Shown here one piece after another: positions 10,182-18,867 of a stretch of 64,000 nt of DNA. The position numbers and the translations under genes were made by a program. Origin of the DNA: an uncultured Acidobacteriota bacterium (GTDB taxonomy: Bacteria > Acidobacteriota > Vicinamibacteria > Vicinamibacterales > UBA8438); contig CAJWLU010000008.1 of assembly GCA_913043225.1 (NCBI GenBank), forward strand, positions 64,001 through 128,000, written 5' to 3'. The notes under the pieces were generated by a model. That model did not search any database. It had not been told where the DNA came from and worked only from the letters and a program-made list of their open reading frames with translations. Numbering within the stretch: position 1 is the stretch's first letter; every line of letters begins with the position of its first letter.

Positions 10182-12635
10182 ATGAGAGGACTCTTCTGGC
10201 GCGTTGTGCTTAGTCTGCCGGTGGCGGCCGCGCTGGTCCCACCGGCGTCTGCGCAGTCGTTTGAAGACCGCGTGAAGCCGCTGGTGAGTGAGTCCTGCGC
10301 TCGGTGCCACGGCGTTCGCACGACGACGCCGCTCAACCTCGTCGACCTGGGCTACGACCTTACCGACCACGAGACGTTTTCGGCCTGGGAGAAGGTTTAC
10401 GAGCGGCTCGAGCGGGGTGAGATGCCGCCGGCGACCGCCCCGCAGCCTGACCGCGAGGCGGTGACGACTGCGCTGGCGTCGCTCGACACCGCGCTGACCG
10501 ACGCCAATCTCCAGGTGCGCGGCGCGCAGCGGACGCCCCTCCGCCGGTTGACGAGTCTGGAGTACGGCTACAGCATCGAAGACTTGCTGCAGGTGGACGA
10601 GGCCGTTGCTGCGGACGTGGCCTCGTTACTGCCAGCCGAGGCCGACTCGGGCGGGTTCGACACAGTGGCCGCCAGTCAGAGCATGTCACCGCTGCACGTG
10701 CAGTCCTACCTGGCTGCGGCCGACCGTGCCTTGGATGCCGCACTGGTGGTGGGACCACCTCCGGCCACGCAGCATCGCGTGATCGACTACACCCACTCCC
10801 AAGTTCTCGCTGGCCTCGAGAACTGCGATTTCTTGGCCTGCGGGGCCACTCTCCGACAGGACGATGGGGTCGCCATGATCTCCGACGTCTCTTCGACGTT
10901 CACGTTCCACAGCTTGTCGGAGGGTTTTTCTGTGGCCTATCCCGGGCGATACCGGGTCAGTCTCGAGGGGTATCCCTACCAGGCCGACACGCCCGTGACG
11001 ATGGCGCTGTATCACGGCCGGATGGCCGGAACCTCCGCCTCGCTAGATGCGTTGATCGGGCAACTGGATCTGGTGGGCGACGACAGCGGCATACTGACCG
11101 TGACCCCGTTCATGCGGCCCGGTGATCTGATGGCGCCGACGCTGGCGGATCACGACTATCTTCCGCAGGACGATCCGTCGGGTTACTTCGTGCCAGAGCG
11201 CCACGCGCGTGACTACCGCGGCGAGGGCATCGTCATGCAGTCGATGACGATCGAGGGACCACTGTTCGACAGCTGGCCCCCTCCAAGCACACGAGCCTTG
11301 CTCATGGGCGTGGACTTCGACGAGGACGGCTATGTTGTGCTCTCGAAGGCACCCTACGAGCACATCGTCGCGATCGTCGAGCGATTCGCCGAGCGCGCGT
11401 TCCGTCGTCCGCTGGCTGAGGGTGAACTCGACGCCTACGCGAGTCTGGCCCAGCCGCTGCTCGACGCAGGGCGGCCGTTCGCGGAGGCCGTGCGGGTGCC
11501 GCTGCGCGCGGTGCTGAGCGCCCCTGCGTTCCTGTACCACACGACGCCATCGGGCGAGCTCGATGATTTTGCGCTCGCTACGCGGCTCTCCTATTTCCTC
11601 TGGCGGAGTATGCCGGATGAGCAGCTTTCGGCCTTGGCGTCCGACGGGACGCTCTCGTCGCCGGAGGTGCTGTCCGCCCAGGTCGAGCGGATGCTCGACG
11701 ACCCGAAGGCCGAACGGTTCGTACGAGACTTCGCGGGACAGGCTTTCCGGCTGTATGAGCTGCGCGCGACGTCGCCCGACCCGGGGCTCTATCCGGAGTA
11801 TGACGACCGACTGGCCCAGGCGATGGAGCGAGAGAGCCTGCTGTTTTTCGCCGAGCTGATCGCGTCCGACGCCGGTGTGGACAGTCTGGTCGCTGCTGAC
11901 TTCACCTTCCTGAACCGGCGACTGGCCGAACACTACGGTATCGACGGGATTGACGGGCAACAGATGCGGAAGGTGGCGCTGTCGACTGACAGCCCACGTG
12001 GTGGATTGCTCACACAGGCGAGCGTGCTGAAGATCACGGCCAACGGTACCACCACGTCGCCGGTGCCGCGTGGCAACTACGTGCTCGGTAACCTCCTTGG
12101 GCAGCACCCGCCTCCGCCACCGCCGGGTGTCGCGGGGCTCGAGCCGGACACGCGCGGCACGACTACCATCCGTGAACAGCTCGACGCGCACCGCTCGAAC
12201 GCCGTCTGTGCCAGCTGTCACCGGAAGATTGACCCGCCCGGCTTCGCCCTGGAGTCATTCGACCCGATTGGGGGGTTTCGCGATCAGTACCGAGTACCGG
12301 GCGGCATGCTGACCGTTCCGGACGGCAACGGCGGAGAGTTTGAGATTCCCGGGCCCTACACCTTGGGGGCGGTGGTCGACACGAGTGGCGTGACCCCGGC
12401 GGGGGATCGCTTCTCAGGCATCCGGGACTACAAGCGGTTGTTGCTGAACGATGCCCTCGACCAGATCGCTCATCACGTGGCATCCCAGCTGGTTGTCTTT
12501 TCGACCGGGGCCGAGGTGGAGTTCGCGGATCGTCACGGAGTGGAGGAGATCGTGACGGCGACGCGCAACGAGGGGTATCCTGTACGGGGTATGATCCACG
12601 AGGTCGTGAAGAGCGACCTCTTTAGGAGTAATTAG
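10182..12635 (+). CDS. DUF1592-family (PSD2-5/PSCyt3) c-type cytochrome protein, paralogue P1
   Basis: Signal peptide; CARCH...MPP; LRRLT..EY; GFDT; RAFRRP; LATRLSYFLWRSMPD; RGGLLTQ; TSPVPRG; TIREQLDAHR..CASCH..IDPPGFALE. Confidence 0.9.
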   Translation: MRGLFWRVVLSLPVAAALVPPASAQSFEDRVKPLVSESCARCHGVRTTTPLNLVDLGYDLTDHETFSAWEKVYERLERGEMPPATAPQPDREAVTTALASLDTALTDANLQVRGAQRTPLRRLTSLEYGYSIEDLLQVDEAVAADVASLLPAEADSGGFDTVAASQSMSPLHVQSYLAAADRALDAALVVGPPPATQHRVIDYTHSQVLAGLENCDFLACGATLRQDDGVAMISDVSSTFTFHSLSEGFSVAYPGRYRVSLEGYPYQADTPVTMALYHGRMAGTSASLDALIGQLDLVGDDSGILTVTPFMRPGDLMAPTLADHDYLPQDDPSGYFVPERHARDYRGEGIVMQSMTIEGPLFDSWPPPSTRALLMGVDFDEDGYVVLSKAPYEHIVAIVERFAERAFRRPLAEGELDAYASLAQPLLDAGRPFAEAVRVPLRAVLSAPAFLYHTTPSGELDDFALATRLSYFLWRSMPDEQLSALASDGTLSSPEVLSAQVERMLDDPKAERFVRDFAGQAFRLYELRATSPDPGLYPEYDDRLAQAMERESLLFFAELIASDAGVDSLVAADFTFLNRRLAEHYGIDGIDGQQMRKVALSTDSPRGGLLTQASVLKITANGTTTSPVPRGNYVLGNLLGQHPPPPPPGVAGLEPDTRGTTTIREQLDAHRSNAVCASCHRKIDPPGFALESFDPIGGFRDQYRVPGGMLTVPDGNGGEFEIPGPYTLGAVVDTSGVTPAGDRFSGIRDYKRLLLNDALDQIAHHVASQLVVFSTGAEVEFADRHGVEEIVTATRNEGYPVRGMIHEVVKSDLFRSN

Positions 12636-13898
12636 ATGACCATGTCAGTTGATCGACGTACGTTCCTGCGCGCTTCGGGCGTCGCGATGGCATTGCCGGT
12701 GCTCGAGTCAATGCACCCGGCGCTGGCGCGGGCCGCGGCCGCGTCACCTAAGCGGATGGTGAACATCTGCAGCACGCTGGGGCTCTACTCCGATTCCTGG
12801 TTCCCGAAGACGACAGGTGCCGGGTGGGAAGCCACGCAGTATCTGTCGCTCATCGAGCAGCACCGTGACAACTTCACGCTGTTCTCGGGGCTCTCGCACG
12901 AAGAGCAGAGCGGGCGTCAGCCGCACAACTCGGAGATCACGTGGCTAACTGCGGCACGTCGACCGGGTCTCGACGGCTTCCGTAACTCCATCTCGATCGA
13001 CCAGGTGGCGGCCAACCAGTTCGGTTACAGCACCCGGTTCCCGTCGATCGTGCTCGGCACCGCTACCGCACAAAGCCAGTCGTTCACGACTAGTGGCGCC
13101 ATGGTGCCGGCCGAAGCCAGTGCGGCCGAGCTGTTCCGGAAGCTGTTCCTGCAGGGCACCCCTGAGGAGCTCGAACGCGAGGCCCAGAGTCTCGAGGATG
13201 GCGGCAGTATCCTTGATCGGCTCAAGACGCAGACCGACGCGTTGCGGCGGCGGGTGAGCGCGGCCGACCAGCGCAAGCTCGATGCCTATTACCAGGCGGT
13301 GCGCACCGCCGAGCAGGATCTGGGCGAGGTCAAGGCCTGGCAGACGCGGGCGAAGCCGGTCGTCGGTGCCGAGCAGCCGACCGACCTGCCGAACCCGGCC
13401 GACCTAATCGGGCGGATCAAGCTAATGTTCAACCTTATCCCACTGATTCTAGAGACTGACTCGTCGCGTGTGGTCAGCATGATGATCCAGGACCACGGCG
13501 TTGTGCCCACTGTGCAAGGCGTCAGCTCGGACCAGCACAGCCTGTCGCACCACGGCCAGGACCCGGGCAAGATTGAGCAGCTCAAGAAGATCGAACTGCA
13601 GATCGTCGAGGCGTTCGGCACGCTGATGGACGATCTCCAGAGCCGGACCGATGAGAATGGGTCGCTGCTCGACCAGACGACGGTGCTCTTCGGCAGCAAC
13701 CTGGGCAACGCCAACGCGCACACGCCCGTCGACCTGCCGGTTCTGGTCGCCGGCGGCGGTTTCTCGCACGGGCAGCACATTGCCCACCAGGGCGAGCACA
13801 ACGCTCCGCTCTGCGACCTGTTCGTCACCTTGCTGCAGAACGTCGGAGTGGAAACCGATCAGTTTAGCCAGAGCAAGAGCACCCTCACCTGGGGGTGA
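12636..13898 (+). CDS. DUF1552 (HXXSHH) family protein, Tat-exported
   Basis: DRRTFLRASGVAMALPVLESM Tat signal; NSISIDQVAA, TRFPS, GGSILD, HSLSHH, LPVLVAGG; abuts P1 via TAGATG. Confidence 0.9.
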   Translation: MTMSVDRRTFLRASGVAMALPVLESMHPALARAAAASPKRMVNICSTLGLYSDSWFPKTTGAGWEATQYLSLIEQHRDNFTLFSGLSHEEQSGRQPHNSEITWLTAARRPGLDGFRNSISIDQVAANQFGYSTRFPSIVLGTATAQSQSFTTSGAMVPAEASAAELFRKLFLQGTPEELEREAQSLEDGGSILDRLKTQTDALRRRVSAADQRKLDAYYQAVRTAEQDLGEVKAWQTRAKPVVGAEQPTDLPNPADLIGRIKLMFNLIPLILETDSSRVVSMMIQDHGVVPTVQGVSSDQHSLSHHGQDPGKIEQLKKIELQIVEAFGTLMDDLQSRTDENGSLLDQTTVLFGSNLGNANAHTPVDLPVLVAGGGFSHGQHIAHQGEHNAPLCDLFVTLLQNVGVETDQFSQSKSTLTWG

Positions 13899-13906
13899 GC
13901 GATCTT

Positions 13907-13932
13907 GTCGGGCGGGGCTTTGGCCCCGCCCG
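13907..13932. repeat. REP-like palindrome copy B / stem-loop after DUF1552
   Basis: CGGGCGGGGC-TTTG-GCCCCGCCCG perfect 10-bp stem preceded by GT; no poly-T tail. Confidence 0.6.
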
Positions 13933-14013
13933 CACGTTCATACCCGTTCGCACTATCGAGGCATCGCCTTGCCGGCGTCCGTTCTCTCCTAAGACACTAG
14001 AGAGGCTCAGTCT

Positions 14014-16464
14014 ATGTACCGGGTCGTAGTTCTTGTTCTGATCGGTGTGCTTACGGGTACCGGGGCCGCGACGGCCCAGTCGCTGCAGGAAGACGTCCGT
14101 CCGCTTGTGCGCGAGTCGTGCGTGCGTTGCCACGGTGTGCGCACCGTCACCCCGCTCAACCTGGTCGATCTCGGGTACGACCTGTCGGACCGCGAGACGT
14201 TCGCGACCTGGGAGAAAGTCTACGAGCGGCTCGAACGAGGGGAGATGCCCCCGTCGACGGCGGCCCAGCCTGACGGAACGGTTGTTGACGCCGCGCTCGC
14301 CTCGCTGAAGCTGGCCTTGACCGACGCGAGCGTGACGGCGCGCGGTGATCAGCGCACGCCTCTGCGCCGGCTGACCCGTCTCGAGTACGGCTACACCATC
14401 TCGGATCTGATCGGGGTGGACGAGGAGATCGGCGAAGAGCTGGGCCAGAGTCTGCCGGCCGAGGCCGACTCGGGCGGGTTCGACACCGTCGCCGCCAACC
14501 AGGCGATGTCGCCGCTCCATATCCAGAGCTATCTCGCCGCCGCTGACGCCGCTCTGGACGCCGCGCTGGTCGTCGGGCCGCCGCCGCCGGTCGACCTGTA
14601 TCACGTCGACTACGGTGTCTCGCAGTATCTCTATGGCATCGCCAACGCGAGAGCGATCGGCCTCGGCAGCGTCTTGCAGCTCGATGACGCCTACGTCCAG
14701 TTCTTCGACTTCACCTCCACCTACACGTTCCACAGCATGTCGGAGGGGATCGCCATCCCGTATCCCGGCCGGTACGACGTGACCGTGGAGGCCTATCCCT
14801 ATCAGGCCCGGACACCGGTCGGGTTCATGGTGTACCACGGTAAGCTGGCGGGCGTGGCGGCGTCGCTCGACGAGCTGATCGGGGCCTACGATCTGGAGGC
14901 CGGCGAGACGACGGCGGTCAAGCTGAGGCCGTTCATGCGTCCTGGCGACCTGATCGGCGTGACGCCGATCGATACCGATGTTCCCCCGGACGCCGATCCC
15001 GCCACCCTCTCACCGGCGGACCCCGCCGACGGTTACATCGATCTCATCCAGGACTATCCCGGCGAAGGAGTGGCGTTCAAGTCGATGACGATCGAGGGGC
15101 CCATCCTCGACGCCTGGCCTCCCGAGAGCACGCGTCAGCTCCTGGTCGGGGTCGAGTTTGATGAGGAGCACCAGGTCCGTCTGACCAAGGAGCCGTATGC
15201 TCACGTGGTGGACGTCGTGGCGGCCTTCGCCCCGCGCGCGTTCCGCCGGCCGTTAAGCGATGAGCAGATCGAGGCCTATGCCTCGTTGGCGCGTCCCCTG
15301 ATAGAAGAGGGGCGGCCGTTCCTCGAGGCGGTGCGGGTACCCTTGCGCGCCATTCTCAGCGCGCCAGCCTTTCTCTTTCACGGCGCGTCGGCGTCGGCCG
15401 AGCTCGACGACTTCGACCTGGCCACCAGGCTGTCGTACTTTCTCTGGCGAAGCATGCCCGACGAGGCGCTGCTCGCGGCGGCCCGCGACGGCCGGCTGTC
15501 TGACTCGTCGGCGCTGATCGCGCAGGTCGACCGGATGCTGGACGACCCGAAGTCCTCGCGGTTCGTCAAAGACTTCGCCGGCCAGGCGTTCCGGATCTAC
15601 GAGTTGAGGTCCACCACGCCTGACCCGGGGCTCTATCCGGAATACGAAGACCGGCTTGGCCAGGCGATGGCCTGGGAGACGCAGCTCTTCTTCGGTGAGC
15701 TGATCGCCAGCAACCTCGGGGCGGGCGCCCTGATCGACGCCGACTTCACGTTCTTGAATCGGCGGCTGGCCGACCACTACGGCGTGCCGGATGTCGTCGG
15801 CATGCAGATGCGCAAGGTGGACCTCCCGGCCGGGAGTCCGCGCGGCGGGCTGCTGACCCAGGCCGCCGTCCACAAGATCACGGCCAACGGCACCGCGACC
15901 TCACCGATTCCCCGTGGCAACTTCGTCTTGACGAACCTACTGGGGCGTCCGGCGCCGCCACCGCCCGCCGAGGTGGGCGCGCTCGAACCGGATACCCGCG
16001 GTACGACGACCATCCGTGAGCAGCTCGACGCCCACCGGAGCAGCCCGGTGTGCGCGAACTGTCACCGGGTGATCGACCCGCCCGGGTTCGCCATGGAGTC
16101 GTTCGACCCGATCGGCGGGTTCAGGACGAACTATCGCGTGCCGGGTGAGGCGATGGACTTCGACGGTTTCATAGTGCCCGGGCCTTTCACGGACGGAGCG
16201 CGGGTCGACGCGAGCGGCGTGACCCCAGGGGGCGACAGCTTCGCGGACATCAACGAGTACAAGCGACTGCTGATCGATACCGAGCTCGACGCGGTGGCCG
16301 GTCACTTGGCGTCGCAATTGCTGATCTTTGCGACCGGTGCCGAGATCGCGTTCGCCGACCGTGCGGCGGTCGACGGCATCGTTAATGCCGGTCGCACCGA
16401 AGGCCATCCGGTGCGCACGATGATTCAGCGGATCGTTGGCAGTGACCTGTTCAAGACGCGCTGA
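14014..16464 (+). CDS. DUF1592-family c-type cytochrome protein, paralogue P2
   Basis: Signal peptide; CVRCH and CANCH; same scaffold motifs as P1. Confidence 0.9.
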   Translation: MYRVVVLVLIGVLTGTGAATAQSLQEDVRPLVRESCVRCHGVRTVTPLNLVDLGYDLSDRETFATWEKVYERLERGEMPPSTAAQPDGTVVDAALASLKLALTDASVTARGDQRTPLRRLTRLEYGYTISDLIGVDEEIGEELGQSLPAEADSGGFDTVAANQAMSPLHIQSYLAAADAALDAALVVGPPPPVDLYHVDYGVSQYLYGIANARAIGLGSVLQLDDAYVQFFDFTSTYTFHSMSEGIAIPYPGRYDVTVEAYPYQARTPVGFMVYHGKLAGVAASLDELIGAYDLEAGETTAVKLRPFMRPGDLIGVTPIDTDVPPDADPATLSPADPADGYIDLIQDYPGEGVAFKSMTIEGPILDAWPPESTRQLLVGVEFDEEHQVRLTKEPYAHVVDVVAAFAPRAFRRPLSDEQIEAYASLARPLIEEGRPFLEAVRVPLRAILSAPAFLFHGASASAELDDFDLATRLSYFLWRSMPDEALLAAARDGRLSDSSALIAQVDRMLDDPKSSRFVKDFAGQAFRIYELRSTTPDPGLYPEYEDRLGQAMAWETQLFFGELIASNLGAGALIDADFTFLNRRLADHYGVPDVVGMQMRKVDLPAGSPRGGLLTQAAVHKITANGTATSPIPRGNFVLTNLLGRPAPPPPAEVGALEPDTRGTTTIREQLDAHRSSPVCANCHRVIDPPGFAMESFDPIGGFRTNYRVPGEAMDFDGFIVPGPFTDGARVDASGVTPGGDSFADINEYKRLLIDTELDAVAGHLASQLLIFATGAEIAFADRAAVDGIVNAGRTEGHPVRTMIQRIVGSDLFKTR

Positions 16465-16535
16465 CCCAGGTGTGTCTGTCCGGGTCGACGTTATACTTCC
16501 CTCTACAGAGGTGTGAGCTCCATAACGAGGTTCCT

Positions 16536-17579
16536 ATGAGTGTGTACCGCCTAATTTGTTTCGTGCTGGTTGCAGTTGCGGCGCTTTCCCTTGGCGCAGT
16601 ACCGGCTCGGGCCCAGGATGATCAAGGCGTCATCCGAGGGTGGGTGTTCATCGAGGGTGGGGACCGAGACGGGGTCCCGGGTGCTGTGGTGACAGCTGAA
16701 CCCCCAGCGTATCAGGCTGACGGCATCACGGAAGAGACACTGGCCATCACGGTTGAAGCCGACGTTTCTGACAACGGGCGTTTCAACCTTAACTGGCTTC
16801 GCAGTGGCATTTGGAACGTGACTGCCTCTGCCGAGGGGTTCAGCGACGTGCGGCTCCGGATCGAGGTAACCCAGGGGACGGCCAGAGAGTCGTACGCCTG
16901 CACGGAGACCCAGGTGCAGAAGTGCCAGGATCCGGTCGAGTTCCATATGGCTCGCCTCAAGACCGAGGCCAATGTGACCGTCGATGCGGCGCTCGGTGAC
17001 GCTGAGGACACCGAACGGGAAGAGGCCAGGCTGCAGCTGACTGCGGCCGACGATGCCTATAACGCCGGTGATTATTGGACGGCCATTAGCAGCTACGACC
17101 AGTTGTTGGAGAGTTGGCCGCAGATGGCCATGCTTCATGAGGACCGCGGAGACGCCTATCGGTCACTTGGGCAGTTCGCGGAGGCCCTTACGGCATACGA
17201 ACTCTTCTTGGCGACCGAGCCGGAGGCCGACGTGGTCGAGGCGGTCGAGCGAAAAATGGTCCGGGCGCGGCTGCTGGCTGGTGATCTCGACGCCGCCGGA
17301 GATCTGGCGTCCGCCGGGGGCGACGCGTCGCGAGAGGACCTCTATAACTTGGGCGAGGTGGCGTTCCAGCAAGGCAACATCGACGACGCCGCCGGCTGGT
17401 ACGAGAAGTCGGCGGCTGCTGACCCGACCTGGGAGGCACCCGTTTTCAAGCTTGGGATGGTTGCATTGAATCGTGGGGACATGGAGGGCGCTAAGGTGTT
17501 CTTCCGGACGGTGGTCGAATTGGCGCCGGACTCTCCGGAAGGGGTGCAGGCGGCCGCCACGCTCTCGGCGCTTCCGTAG
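16536..17579 (+). CDS. Secreted carboxypeptidase-regulatory-like domain + TPR protein
   Basis: Signal peptide; GVIRGWV..GAVVTA..GRF..GIWNVTASAEGF beta-sandwich, then TPR helices (YNLGEVAFQQG, FKLGMVALNRGD). Confidence 0.8.
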   Translation: MSVYRLICFVLVAVAALSLGAVPARAQDDQGVIRGWVFIEGGDRDGVPGAVVTAEPPAYQADGITEETLAITVEADVSDNGRFNLNWLRSGIWNVTASAEGFSDVRLRIEVTQGTARESYACTETQVQKCQDPVEFHMARLKTEANVTVDAALGDAEDTEREEARLQLTAADDAYNAGDYWTAISSYDQLLESWPQMAMLHEDRGDAYRSLGQFAEALTAYELFLATEPEADVVEAVERKMVRARLLAGDLDAAGDLASAGGDASREDLYNLGEVAFQQGNIDDAAGWYEKSAAADPTWEAPVFKLGMVALNRGDMEGAKVFFRTVVELAPDSPEGVQAAATLSALP

Positions 17580-17612
17580 TACGTGACTGACTCCGTAATT
17601 GAGGCATCTGAT

Positions 17613-18536
17613 ATGAACGTCGACACATACCGTAACGTTTTTTCGAGTGCGCTGGCGTTGACGCTTGTGCTGTTTGGGGCACCTGTCACGTTTGCCCAGT
17701 CGCCGGCGTTGTTCGTGAGTTTTACCGACGCCAACGACGGTACCCCCGTCACCGACATTACCGCTGATGAGGTCGTCATCGAGGTGGACGGAGCCCATGG
17801 CGAGACACTCAACCTCGAACCGATCGACTGGCCGGTACGGGTCACTATCTTTGTCGATAACGGGGTGGCGAGTGTGCCCGCGTTGGCCGACATGCGCGAG
17901 GGGGTCACGCTTTTCCTGGAAGAAATGCCGCCTGACGTTGAGGTGGCCATCGGAACCATCGGCGGACGACCACAGTTTCAGGCTCGGCATACGACCGATC
18001 GAGCGGAGCTTGCTGATGCCATCGGTACGATTGCGCCGGACATGGAAGGTGCAGCCATGTTTGTTGACGCGCTCTATGAAGAAGCGGAGCGGATGCACGA
18101 GGACGAGGAAGGGCAGTACTTCCCGGTTGTCGTGATGGTTGCGACCAATGGTCCCGAGGGCAGCAGTCGGGTGCGAGAACGGCCGTTCAGGGAGATGATG
18201 GAACGTCTGTTCGCGAACAGCGCCACCGTTCACACCAAGATGTGGGCTATCATCAGCGCCGGGGGTATCGCGCAGGGGGGCGACCAGGGCCAGCTTGGGC
18301 AAAGCATCGGTGAAGCGACGGGTGGCACTTTCGAAGCATTGACCTCGTCTAATGGGTTCCGGACCCTGCTGCCGGCGCTGGCCCAAGATATTGCCCGGAA
18401 GCACCGCCTAGTAAGCAGCCAGTATCGCGTAACCTTTGCGCCTCCGGAGGAGGCATCCGACCAACCGGCCATCCGGGTCTTGACCACCCGCTCCGGAGTG
18501 AATATGACGCCGACTATGAACGGGAACATTCCGTAG
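17613..18536 (+). CDS. Secreted VWA-like domain protein (acidobacterial type), copy 1
   Basis: Signal peptide; FVSFTD..G.PVTD, V.IFVDN, ATGG, QYRVTF; paralogue of 25327-26256. Confidence 0.72.
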   Translation: MNVDTYRNVFSSALALTLVLFGAPVTFAQSPALFVSFTDANDGTPVTDITADEVVIEVDGAHGETLNLEPIDWPVRVTIFVDNGVASVPALADMREGVTLFLEEMPPDVEVAIGTIGGRPQFQARHTTDRAELADAIGTIAPDMEGAAMFVDALYEEAERMHEDEEGQYFPVVVMVATNGPEGSSRVRERPFREMMERLFANSATVHTKMWAIISAGGIAQGGDQGQLGQSIGEATGGTFEALTSSNGFRTLLPALAQDIARKHRLVSSQYRVTFAPPEEASDQPAIRVLTTRSGVNMTPTMNGNIP

Positions 18537-18595
18537 AGAGCTCGGTGTTGCGTCGCCGAGGGCCATTTTCAGGATTGTTCACTGCGTCTAACCCT

Positions 18596-18631
18596 ATCCA
18601 ATCGTTTGGATGGTAAATTCAAACACTTGAA
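18596..18631. promoter_or_regulatory. Candidate operator palindromes upstream of the TonB-dependent receptor
   Basis: ATCCAA-TCGT-TTGGAT (18596-18611) and TTCAA-ACAC-TTGAA (18618-18631) in an AT-richer 330-bp spacer. Confidence 0.35.
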
Positions 18632-18867
18632 CGACCGATAGTAGGTTGAACGGTTGAGATGGAGCTAAATCTGGGCTGATTGGTGTGAGTTCAGGATGGC
18701 TTGAATCTTGCTGAGTCTTCCGTGGAAGCGGCTGAGGCTTGCCTCGGCTTCGGTGTGTGTGTTAAAAATTGGTGAAACGAAAGAGCGTGACAGGTTCCTG
18801 TTTGCGTCCGTGTGACGGAGACTGGACACCCCTGAAGTTATGGGGCCTCTGGAGGGAATGCAGGGAT

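Noticed and set aside
18700..18867. Cobalamin or other riboswitch upstream of the TonB receptor
   Set aside because: Hairpins are present but the conserved B12-box or TPP core motifs were not recognisable
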